The translations under genes and the position numbers were made by a program. The notes beneath the pieces were generated by a model, which was given only the letters and a program-made list of their open reading frames with translations, had not been told where the DNA came from and ran no database searches. 20,000 bases of DNA, taken from Chiloscyllium plagiosum. Its lineage: Eukaryota. This document shows, piece by piece, positions 1 through 9,925 of the stretch; the stretch's first letter is position 1; each line of letters opens with the position of its first letter. The stretch covers positions 38,157,062 to 38,177,061 of the forward strand of contig NC_057719.1 in assembly GCF_004010195.1 (NCBI RefSeq), written 5' to 3'.

Positions 1-155
1 TAATTGCCAAACTTGAGAGAGCCCGAGATGCCTTCGCAAAACTGGAATCAATGGTCATTATTCAATGACATTTTCATCACTGAATCCCCCATCCTCAATA
101 TACTGAGGATTATCATTGACCATAAACTGAATTGAACTAGCCGTATGAACTAGCC

Positions 156-254
156 CATTCCTGAAGAAGGGCTTATGCCTGAAATGTCGATTCTCCTGCT
201 CCTTGGATGCTGCCTGACCTGCTGCGCTTTTCCAGTAGCACATTTTTCAGCTCT
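156..254 (+). mobile_element. Short Penelope-like-element-derived insert carrying a minimal hammerhead ribozyme motif
   Basis: Interrupts the LINE, with flanking duplication tagcc (151-155 / 255-259; longer tagccRtatgaa at 138-149 / 255-266). Contains CTGAAGA-A-GGGC-ttat-GCCT-GAAA-TGTC. Its 3' part matches the insert at 1878-1946. Confidence 0.75.
157..192 (+). ncRNA. Minimal type I hammerhead ribozyme-like motif (PLE-associated)
   Basis: Core CUGAAGA (161-167), extra A, stem II GGGC/GCCU with UUAU loop (169-180), GAAA (181-184), UGUC putative cleavage site (185-188), weak stem I attc/gatt. Activity unproven. Confidence 0.6.
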
Positions 255-505
255 TAGCCATATGAATGCTGTGGTCTCAAATGTAAACATTTTAATATAA
301 TTCTTATGGTACAGACATGATCGTCCAAAAGACCTATTCTGTAATGCATGATTGTAGCGCAGATCAGGCTAGCAATGCTGCAGTGAGTAACTCAAATCTT
401 ACACACACGCGCCACATACGTAGCACAGATCAAAAGTATGATGGAGCACTCTCCACTTGCCTGAATGTGTAGTTCCAACAACACTTGAAACTTGATATTA
501 TCCAC

Positions 506-590
506 TCGGATGCTGTCTGAACTGCTGTGCCCTTCCAGCACCACTAATCCAGAATCTGGTGTCCAGCATCTGCAGTCATTGTTTTTACCC
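506..590 (+). mobile_element. Short Penelope-derived 3' fragment (related subfamily, no ribozyme core)
   Basis: ggatgctgtctgaactgctgtgcccttccagca...ccagcatctgcagtc resembles 205-240 and the reverse complement of 1878-1946. Perfect 9-bp target-site duplication attatccac at 497-505 and 591-599. Confidence 0.75.
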
Positions 591-1246
591 ATTATCCACA
601 ACAAAGCAACTGATTTGAATGGCACCCTATCCAATATCTTTAACATTCATTTCTTTCACCACTGACACAGTAGCGCCAATATGGAGCATCTGCATGTTAC
701 ATTATAGCAACATACCAGAATTTCTTTTGACAGAAACTTTCAAACCTGAAAACCGTAACACCCTTCATTCCACACGTCATTCTGACTTGGAATTGTTTGC
801 TGTCCTTTTGCTGTCTCTGGGTCAATATCCTGGAGTTCAAAGACTGCAGCTGTTCAATGAAGCAGTTTGCCACCATCACCTCCATGGGAATTGAAGGCAA
901 TAAATGCTTGCCTAGCCAGGGCTGTCCATATTCCCTGAATGATTTAAAACCACTCTATCTTTCCACTTTGTCCAAGCTTTTGAAGATCTGGTACGATATC
1001 TCCCCATAAAGCTGGTGTCATATTTTATTGTACAGTACTGCACAACACTATGAAAAAGTCATGCTGTCAGATTCCTATCTTGCAGACAATGCCAGGATGT
1101 TTCATTGTATTGAAGGTGTTATTACTGCTTTCAGATACCTTGATGCTTGTCAAAGGGTAAGCTTGCTTGATTCTGTTTGTTGTTTTCATGTTCTTGCTTC
1201 ACTCTTCTTTCTATCTTTAGCTTTCTGTTCTTTCTTTCTCACTTCT

Positions 1247-2310
1247 CATACAGCACGGAAACAGACCATCAGGCCAACTCGTCTATGCTGACCAGGTACT
1301 CTACATGAATCTAGACCTATTTGACAGCGTTTGGCCCATATCCCTCCCTATTCTTATACCCATCCACTTGCTGCTTAAATGTTGTAATTGTAACAGCCTC
1401 AAAACCACGTATGGTAGTCATTACATATACACCATCTTCTCTGAAATAGTTGTCATTTTAGGTCCCTTTTAAATCTTTCCCCTCTCACCTTAGCCTATGC
1501 CCTCTATTTCCGGAATCCTCTACCCTGGGGATAAAACCTTGACTACTAACCCTATTGATGCCCCTCATGGCCTTATAAGCTATGCGTTTACCACTCAGTC
1601 TTTGATGCTTCAGGGAAAATAGCCCCAGCATATTCAGCTGCTTCCTATAGCTCAAACCTTTCACCCTTTTATAAAAGGCAATATCCTTGTAAATCTTTTC
1701 TAAACCCTTTCAAGTTTCACAGCATCCTTCCTCTAACAGAGGCCAGAATTGAATGCAGTACTCCAAAATTGGCCTAATGAATATCCTGTACAGCTGCAAG
1801 ATAACATCCCAATCCTATATTCAGTGCATTAACTAATAAAGGCAAGAATACCAAATGCTGCCTTCACTATCCCGTCTGGGAGAAAGTGAGGACTGCAGAT
1901 GCTGGAGATCAGAGCTGAAAATGTGTTGCTGGAAAAATGCAGCAGGTTCACTATCCCATCTACCTATGACTGTGCTTTCAAGGAACTATGAAAGTGTACT
2001 TTAGGTCTCTTCTGTTCGGCAACACTCCCAAGACGTTGCCATTAAGTGTATAAGTGTTGCTGTGATTTGTCTTACCAAAATTAAGCACCTCACATTTATC
2101 TAAATTAAATTTGCCACTTGCCCATCTGATCAAAGTCCTGTTGTCCTCTGAGCAATCTTCACTGTCCATTACATCTCCAATTTTGGTGTCATCTGCAAAC
2201 TTACTCACCATACCTCCTATATTCACATCCAAATCATTTATATAAGTGATAAAAAGCAATTGATCCTTGTGGCACACTGCTGGTCACAGGCCCCTAGTCT
2301 GACAAGCAGC
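1247..2310 (-). mobile_element. CR1 (HER1-like) LINE 3' fragment with reverse transcriptase remnant
   Basis: ORF 1978-2277(-) reads YINDLDVNIGGMVSKFADDTKIG...KFNLDKCEVLNFG (CR1 RT FADD motif). The 3' tail near 1247-1295 resembles the HE1/HER1 tail. Stops and frameshifts throughout. Confidence 0.9.
1878..1946 (-). mobile_element. Short Penelope-derived 3' fragment inserted in the CR1
   Basis: Reverse complement cctgctgcatttttccagcaacacattttcagctctgatctccagcatctgcagtcctcactttctccc overlaps 218-254. 15-bp duplication ttcactatcccRtct at 1863-1877 and 1947-1961. Confidence 0.8.
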
Positions 2311-2407
2311 CCTTTTGGCCATTTCTCAAGTAACTTTTATAATAAATTTCCTCAGGAGCTTCTCAAGAACATTATAAAACACAAAAAGACAACCATATTA
2401 GATGATT

Positions 2408-3061
2408 AGGAGATGCTGGTGTTGGATTGGGCTGTACAAAGTTAAAAATCACACAACACCAAGTAATAGTCCAACAGGTTTATTTGGAAGCACTAGCTTT
2501 TGGAGTGCTGCTCTTTCAGGTGTTTTGGGCGGCGCGGTGGTACAGTGGTTAGCACTGCTGCCTCACAGCACCAGAGACCTGGGTTCAATTCCCGACTCAG
2601 GCGACTGACTGTGTGGAGTTTGCACATTCTCCCCGTGTCTGCGTGGGTTTCCTCCGGGTGCTCCGGTTTCCTCCCACAGTCCAAAGATGTGCAGGTCAGG
2701 TGAATTGGCCATGCTAAATTGCCTGTAGTGTTAGGTAGGGGGGTAAATGTAGGGGAATGGGTGGGTTGCGCTTCGGCGGGTCGGTGTGGACTTGGGCCGA
2801 AGGGCCTGTTTCCACACTGTAAGTAATCTAATCTAAAAGATTGTAAGACTCAGAATTTGTAGCAAAAGTTTACAGTGTGATGTAACTGAAATTATATATT
2901 GAAAAAGACCTGGATTGTTTAAGTCTCTCATCTTTTAGAATAATCATGTTGATTTCAGTTCTCATTTGTAAATTGCAAAACCTTTTTTTTTTAAACAATA
3001 GTTACATTCTCAAGTGAATTTTAACAATTGGTGTCATGTTGGCCCAGATAATGTATTGAAG
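2408..3061 (-). mobile_element. Second Penelope-type repeat with a degenerate hammerhead remnant (2491-2522), split by an HE1 SINE
   Basis: Minus strand reads cac-CTGA-aaGAGCagcACTCC-AAAA-GCTA-gtg, a decayed form of cac-CTGATGA-A-GGAGC..GCTCC-GAAA-GCTA-gtg recalled from shark repeats. The segment 2837-3061 is assigned as its continuation from recall. Confidence 0.55.
2527..2836 (+). mobile_element. Full-length HE1-like V-SINE (tRNA-derived)
   Basis: A box TGGTACAGTGG 2538-2548, B box GGTTCAATTCC 2582-2592, V-domain gtgtctgcgtgggtttcctccgggtgctccggtttcctcccaca, CR1-type tail gggccgaagggcctgtttccacactgt followed by (taatc)n. Confidence 0.92.
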
Positions 3062-3321
3062 CCCCTTACCTATCCTCTAACTGTGCATTTGCCATGGTTA
3101 ATCCACCTAGCCTGCATGTACCTGGGTACTATGGACAATTTAGCATTGCCAATCCATGTACCTGCATATTTTTGGGGTGTGGGAGGAAACCAGAACACCT
3201 GATGGAAACCCACGCAGACACAGGGCAAACATACAAACTCTGCATTGAGTGGTGCGTAAATGTGGATTCAAAGCTTTGTTTCTGGTGCTGTGAGGTAATA
3301 GTGCTAACCACTGTGCTGCCC
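3062..3321 (-). mobile_element. Older HE1-like V-SINE, inverted relative to 2527-2836
   Basis: Reverse complement of the head (gtgctaaccactgtgctgccc) and V-domain (ggaggaaaccagaacacc...ggaaacccacgcagacac). Gives the same spurious CGRKPEH...ETHADTG ORF as the first copy. Confidence 0.88.
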
Positions 3322-4180
3322 TTACAGTCTGAAAAATACATACATAAACGTAATGCTCAGGAATTTTGTACATGACAACGCATGTGGGATGTTTAAGGCT
3401 GTAACATAGTTCATGAGCATTAATAGTGTTTCTGGTGCGATTATGCAATATGTAAGTTAGCTGTACCAACCCTAGTCAAATCTACTAATTTGACATAGAC
3501 TGGATACTGTAGCAAATTATCATCTCTGTAGATTAATGCTACAGCAGGTCATGCTCTTAGTAGAAAAGAAAGCTGTTGCTCTTGAGGTAGCAGCAACCAT
3601 TTAATCTGTAGAATGTGGTTACAGCACAAAAGGAGGTCATTCTGCTTTTCTAACTAATCTCCTTTTGACCTTTTTCTTGAAGGAAATTTGCCACAGCCTC
3701 TAATCTCTGAAGCAATTGAAACTCCTCACTCATGGAACCATTCTTGTGCATGTTTTCTGCATGCCCTGACATTTTCATGTCCTTCATAAAGGATACCACA
3801 AACATTTGGATAAATACTCCATTTGAGGCTAAAGCATAGTTTATACAAATTTATCAGAGGTTCCTTGCTTTTGTATCCCATACCCTTACTTTATAGAAAC
3901 TGGAACTCGTGCTAGTTGACTGTTCTCAATCTGCCCAGCCAACCTTTTGTTAATTTCTGCACAGATACTGAAGGTGTCTGTACTCTGCATCCTTTTCAGA
4001 ATTGTACTGTTAATTTTAAGTTGCCTTCTTTGTTCTTCCAATCAAAATGAATCACTTCACACTACTTTACTTTGCTTTAGGTTTCAGCTGTCAACTTGTA
4101 AGCCCTTGACCCACCAGCCTGCCTACATCCTGTTGAAGCCTACCATTATTCTCCTCACATTTCATAGTGTTTCCATGTTT

Positions 4181-4460
4181 TTTAAAAAATTAATTCACTG
4201 GATGAGGGCATCCCTGGCCAAACCAGTATTTATTGTTCATCCCTGATTGCCTGAGGGCAATAAAGAGTCAACCACATTGCTGTGGGTCTGGAGTTACACG
4301 TAGGCCAGATCAGGTAAGTATAGCAGTTTCCTTCCCAAAATGACATTAGTGAACCAGATGGGTTTTGAGAATTTATAGTAGTCATTAGACTCTTAATCCA
4401 GATTTTTGAAAAATTGAATTCCAATTCTGCCATTGCATTGGCAGGATTCAAACCTGGATC
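4181..4460 (-). mobile_element. tRNA-derived SINE (second family) with Zenon/Crack-like LINE 3' tail, lacking the A-box end
   Basis: Reverse complement matches 13629-13895: B box GGTTTGAATCC (4444-4454 on -), body cccatctggttcactaatgtc...gtggttgactct, tail ggcaatcagggatgaacaataaatactgg. Confidence 0.8.
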
Positions 4461-4520
4461 ATAGAGTCCCACAGTGTGGAAACTGGCCATTTGGCCCAAA
4501 TTGGTCCATGCCAACCACAT
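4459..4520 (-). mobile_element. Short CR1/HE1 3' tail fragment
   Basis: catagagtcccacagtgtggaaactggccatttggccc resembles the reverse complement of the HE1 tail at 2793-2820. Confidence 0.6.
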
Positions 4521-5763
4521 TAACAGCCCAATGAAAATACCACTGGCCTACACCTTTACATACTGCAAGATTATCGCCTCCCTTTCAATTTGTCATTCAC
4601 CACTCGAAAGTGTGCTCTGTGCATGCCAGTCTAGACCATTAATAATATTGAGCAAAATAGAGGTTCTAGCACTGACCCTGGTGAGCCCCTCACCGCTACT
4701 CTTTCCTGTCACTCAGCTGCTATCCCTTTATTCCAACTTTGTTGAAAAGTCTGATATTTGGAATGTCTATTGGAACTTCTTTGCATTACAGCAGCCAGGT
4801 TACCTACATCAAGCCTCTCATTTCACCACAAAACACAGTTAGTTAAACACGATTTGCCTTAAACACACCTGTTTCTGTAAGTGAAATTAATTTTGTCCTA
4901 AATTATCACTTCTGAAAGCTGCCCCATCAGTTGGTTTAACATTCACTTTCCACCTTGAATTTATCTTCTGACTAATGAATAATTCGTCTACCAATAAGCC
5001 AGTTCAAAAATATTTTTAAAATATTTGTTTCCTTTCACTAAATAACGTTTTGCTGATTCCAGTTGTTTTGTAATCTCTTGTTTATCAAAGTTGGTTTTTG
5101 TTTTGCAGTCCTATTCAGTAATATTGTTTAAGTGAATGCCATTATTTCAGCTCAGCAACAATGCCCTAGATATTATAATTGCACACATTAACAAGCAGAC
5201 ATATTGTCGAATTATTGAGTATAGTTAATTCATTTCCAATGGTCTGGTTTTGATAAGCTCGTGTTTGAAATAAGAGGGATGAACAGTGAGGAGGAGGGAT
5301 AGTTCATTTTAATTCAGCAGAGGTGCACTTTATTGCGTCTTTTTGAAGGTGACTGATTAGTGTTGCATTTATGACAGTAATTTAGAATAATAATAAACAT
5401 ATCCTATGTTCTTGTACCCCCTGTAGTGCTATTGTATTTACTTGTCACTGTTAAACGTTTTCTAGAGCCACTTCCACTTTACCAGTGTTTATTTTCAACT
5501 GGGAATTTGAGAATTCACATTTCAAGTCAAAATTTAATCGGATGTGGTAAACCAACCCAAATCAGAACTGATCGACATGCAGCAACATTTAACTCCTCTG
5601 CATCTCCAGGATTGAATGTACAGTGAAATATCAAAAAAGTTGCATGCTTTCTTGTGCTTTATGTAAAAGTGCTGAAATAATGTTATTGCTGGTATTGAAA
5701 TGCCTTTTATCTGAAACAATAAGTCTTGTGTTACTTAAGATCTGTTCATGGAAGACTTGAAAA

Positions 5764-5785
5764 ACAACTGCCATACAACTGCCAT
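5764..5785. repeat. 11-bp tandem duplication
   Basis: acaactgccat twice (5764-5774, 5775-5785). Confidence 0.9.
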
Positions 5786-6339
5786 ACTTTGGGGGGAGAA
5801 CAATATCTGCAGTTTATTCCCGTGCACGGAATTTCAATTTAGAGTCAGCTTGGTTGCATTTAGAGATTGCACAGCACAATTTTGAAATTGGGATCTCTAA
5901 CAAATGATGGTAACTCGTGCAAAGCTTATATGGACTATGTCACCACCTGTGACATTGCAAGTAAAAGCAGTCTTGTTTATTATTTCACATCAAACTTCTA
6001 GTTTTTTTGTATCTTAAGTTTGGCTTGGGTGCATCTCAATTCTTTCTATCTTCTGACTTCAATTGTTTTAATATCAGTCAATGCTTTTAGTTAGTTACCC
6101 AGATATTTCCTCAAAAGTAGAATGGTGTCATATACGACCTTGCTTTTAGCTTTAAACTACTAAGCAAATTCATTCAAAAACAATGCACTTGTGTTGAAAG
6201 GTAGCTTTTGTGTGTGTGAATACATTTCCAACCTAATGGAACACTGCTAAACAATTCTCCTCTATCTCTGCTTAACGTTTCAAGGTCACTGAAAATCCTT
6301 CCGGTTAGTTAAGGCTTGTTTGTAGAGAATTGCCATAAC

Positions 6340-7010
6340 TTTCATCTAATCATCTTCATCTGCTCCATCAATGATCTTCACTTCATTATAAAGTTACAAA
6401 TAGCAATTATGCTGTCATCCGCAAGCAATGTTCACCCCCATTTCTGACTTTTCAGACACAAAATCAGTCCATGTCTGAATGACCATGACCTGGAAATTAT
6501 TAAGGCTCATGTTGACCAGTGGCAAATAATGTCACAAGTGGGGCAATGAACAGTAACCATTTCCAACAGGAGAGAATGTAACCACCACCTCTTGAGTATT
6601 CCGTAGTATTCACACTCTGAATTCCCCACTGTCAACATTCTGGAGTTATTATTGACCAAAACCTCAACTGGACTAGCCTTATAAGTACTGAGGCTGTGAC
6701 AGCAGGCCAGATGCTAGGAATCCTGCAGTAAATAACTCACTCCTAACTCCCTAAAGTCTGTTTACCATCTATAAGGCACAAGTCTGAGTGTGAATGAATA
6801 CCTATCATTTGCTTGGATGTGCGCAGCTTCAGCAATACTTGAGAAACTTGACACCACCTAGGTCAAGCCACTTGATTAGCACTAAATCTTTAAACATAGT
6901 TCCCTCTTCCATTGACACTCAGCAGCAGTGTTTATCTATATGCGATGAACTGTAACAGGTCAGTGTTTCCTTAGCACTTCCAAATCCTTGGCCACAACAT
7001 TTAGACAGCC
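6340..7010 (+). mobile_element. Decayed CR1-group (Zenon/Crack-like) LINE RT C-terminal fragment
   Basis: Translates in pieces to VIIDQNLNWTSLISTEAVTAGQMLGIL and SLFTIYKAQV. Homologous to 80-700 and 18160-18350. Confidence 0.8.
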
Positions 7011-8416
7011 AAGTGCTTTTATATTTTGCAGCTGAAACATTGCCACTTGCTACGTTTTCATGATTGAACTCTTCTGCAGTATAGGAAATCCAAGTTGATT
7101 TTAAAGCCATGAGTTAGCATTGGCAGTTACTTTTATGCAAGAAGTTAAACAGAAAAAAACAGTGATGCAAAGCTGCATGTTCCAGAACAATTACCTAATG
7201 TTTGAACAATGACATCTTCCTTGATGCATGCTTTCATTCCCTGCCCTTCCTGTCTCTGCATTCCCCTACCCAACAATTATCATTAAATTCCTGTTACTAT
7301 CATGCCTTGCTGAGGTACTGCACTGGAAGTCAAGCCCTACTATTCCTAGTTGTTGCGTAAGTTTAAAATCTTCCTTAAATGTACACAGACTTCATCAATT
7401 TATCTGCCTTTTAGATCTAAATTCACAGCACGACCAGTTTACTGTACTGAACAAACATTACCTGTAGCTAAAGTCTATTTATTGGTAACAATAAGCAATT
7501 ATGAACAGTCAGCATATAACTTGACTAGTTAAAACTCCTAACCCCTTTAATCTTGCCTTAATTCAATGCATACAGCACAAAAAAAGTGTTATAGGCAGAG
7601 AGAAGATTGGACAAACAATTGTGCTTACGGGATCAACTGAGATTCTTGTGCTGATCAGAAATCTACTGTCTGTCTTGCCTGGATGCTTCCACTGGTTTGT
7701 ACGAGACATGGTATAGCAGATTCACATTTATGAAAGATCTGACCTATTAATTAAAAGTCACAACTAACAACAACTGCTGAAGAAAAATAGTGGTTTTCTT
7801 TTGGCTTATTGGCTATTATTGCAGAAAACAGATCTCCTGATTTGCTCAGAAATTGCTGGTTTCCCACCCAACTAAGAAGCAATCGCAGTTGTTAGTAGGC
7901 AGAAGGCCTCTGTCATGATTAGTCAATAGATCAATCAGCTACTTATTGTTGACTGTACATCCAGTTGTGCACACCTTTTGACTTCCGTTCTCTGAAATAT
8001 TACTGCTTGAAGCAGCTGTTGTATAAATGGTTGTGTAAGTGGTGCTTAACGGTGTCTGGTTACTTGCTTTCAAAAACATTCGGTAATCCTTCAGCAATCC
8101 TTGGTTCTTAAAGCAGTTCTTTTCTCATTTCAGTCTATAATCAAAATGATTTTTAAAAAAAAACTCCTTTATTGGTTCATTCTTGTTCAACTTCTTTCCA
8201 TATACTTGAGTTGCATTCTTCCCATTTAACGCCCCCCCCCACCAACCCCGCCTCAGATTTGCATAATGTTGTGGTTTTGTCTTTGGGTCAGGTATTTCAT
8301 AACTGTATAGTGTATGTATAAATTGCCAGCTATATTTGTTGCAGTGTTTATTCTGTCAGTCATGACAGACCCTAGCCCTATTGCACAGTTAAATTTCTAA
8401 CAGTGTTACTATGTCA

Positions 8417-8430
8417 CCACTAGAGGGTGC
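8417..8430 (+). promoter_or_regulatory. Candidate CTCF-binding site
   Basis: CCACTAGAGGGTGC closely matches the CTCF core CCACYAGRKGGCRC, with a partial upstream module (CAGTGTT at 8401-8407), in apparently non-repetitive intron. Motif evidence only. Confidence 0.5.
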
Positions 8431-8575
8431 ATAGTGACTTCCTAAAAAAAACATTTGAAATATTTGTTCGCAATTTAATCAATAAAAGCTCCATTAATAT
8501 TTTAAATTATTTGAAATTAGAAGCCTCTTTCCTAGGAGATAGAACATCACAATAGTTATTTATTTTGTGTAGTAC

Positions 8576-9925
8576 AATTGAATTGAATTGAATTTAATTT
8601 ATTGTCATGTGTACCTGAGGCACAGTGAGAAGTTTTGTCTTCCGAGTAATATAGGCAGATCATAGAGTTAAGTAGCATAGATAAGTAAGTAGGTAAACAG
8701 CGACAAAAACAAAAACACAGGTACAGGTGAATGTTAAGAGTTTGTGAGCCCATTCCATATTCTAACAGTAGGGTAGAAACTGTTTCGAAATCAGCTGATG
8801 CATGTGTTCAGGCTTCTGTACCTACTCCCCGATGGTAAAGGTTGTAGAAAAACATTGCCAGGGTGGCATCTTTGAGAATGCTGGCAGCTTTCGTTGACAG
8901 CGGGCCTGATAGATGGATTCTGTAGGTGGGAGGTTGTGTTAATGAGGATGAAATATTGTCCCCAGTCTTCACTGATTGTGGTCTGTGGGTCAGGAAACTG
9001 AGGATCCAGTTGCAGAGAGTGGAGCTTAATCAGAGATCACTAAGTTTAGTAATCAGTCTCGAGTGGATGATAGTGTTGCAGGCTGAACTGTCGTCAATGA
9101 GTAGGATTCTTGATTAGCTGTTCTTGGTGTCAAGATGTTCTAGGGAGGGGTGAAGGGCAAGTGATTATGGCATCTGACATGGATCTTTTGGTCCAATAGG
9201 CAAATTGGAGTGGGTCAAGTGTAGTAAGGAGGCTGGCGTTGATTAATGCCATGGACTAGCCTTTCAAAGCACTTCATGACCACAGAAGTTATGGCCACTA
9301 GGTGTTAGTCATTGAGACATGCTTCCTTAGGCGCAGGGATAATGTTGGCCCTCTTGAAACAGGAGGGACAGTGGCCTGCTGCAGGGAGAGGTTGAAGATG
9401 TCCAAGAAGACCTCTGCCAGTTGATCTGCGCATGCTCTGAGTGCACGGCCTGGTACTCCATCTGGTCCCATCGCTTTCCTTGAAGTCATATGAAAAAACT
9501 GATCTGACCTCTGTAGTGACTGTTGGGATAGGTTCGTCAGGACTTGTCAGAATAGGTGTTACCTCTCTGCTGAAATTCTGCTCAAAGCGAGCATAGAAGG
9601 TGTTGAGACAATCTGGGAGGGATGTGCCATTGTCTGCTATCTTGCACTCTCTTTTTGGAACCTATGATGTCATTTAGTCCTTGCCAAAGTCACTGGGTGT
9701 CTGTCTGGGTCTCTAGTTTGGATCAGTATTGGTCCTTGGCTGCAATGGCTCTGTGAAGGTCATACTTGGATTCCTTATAATTGAGTGGGTCTGCTGATCT
9801 GAAGGCTTCACGTCTGGTTTTTAGCAGGTTCTGTATGTCATGATTCATCCAGGGTTTCCTGTTGGCAAACACCCGGATTGATTGCCTCATGCACACTCCA
9901 CACTCTTGCTGATAAGTTCAAGTAT
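8576..9925 (-). mobile_element. Rex1/Babar-clade LINE, 5' truncated and internally deleted
   Basis: ORF 9298-9489(-) RKAMGPDGVPGRALRACADQLAEVFLDIFNLSLQQATVP, then LQFAY and LCNWILSFLTHRPQSVK remnants, and a 3' (ATTCA)n tail seen as aattgaattgaattgaattt at 8576-8595. Confidence 0.85.

Larger units (their letters stand above)
80..950 (+). mobile_element. Decayed 3' part of a CR1-group (Zenon/Crack-like) LINE, interrupted by two short inserts
   Basis: Homologous to 6615-6950 (tgaatccccc...attatcattgaccataaactgaattgaactagcc). Ends in the family tail ggcaataaatgcttgcctagccag...ccctgaatgatttaaaa, also seen at 13840-13895 and 18575-18630. Confidence 0.75.
3615..4945 (-). mobile_element. Highly decayed CR1 LINE fragment, interrupted at about 4181-4540
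   Basis: Tail-like ttacagcacaaaaggaggtcattc at about 3620, and degenerate RT-like reverse segments (caaaatgaatcacttcacact; agaggttctagcactgaccctggtg; ttaaacacgatttgcctt). Confidence 0.5.

Noticed and set aside
255..280. gaatgctgtggtctc, superficially like the MLVWS codons of the preceding RCOR1 exon
   Set aside because: Lies in a LINE remnant, does not encode the motif in frame, and lacks splice sites
2527..2600. tRNA-like sequence with A and B boxes
   Set aside because: It is a SINE head, continuing into the V-domain and LINE tail with no proper acceptor stem
2493..2703. ORFs with CGRKPEHPEETHADTG / VSAWVSSGCSGFLP, repeated at 3094-3375 and 15688-16081
   Set aside because: These are translations of the V-SINE core, not a protein family
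5090..5135. Strong-looking acceptor ggtttttgttttgcAG
   Set aside because: No convincing donor nearby and no RCOR-like peptide in any frame
5937..5955. Short hairpin atgtcac-cacct-gtgacat
   Set aside because: A 7-bp stem is expected by chance in 20 kb
8231..8252. C-rich runs (also C17 at 19093-19109) as G-quadruplexes on the minus strand
   Set aside because: Simple low-complexity tracts with no evidence of function
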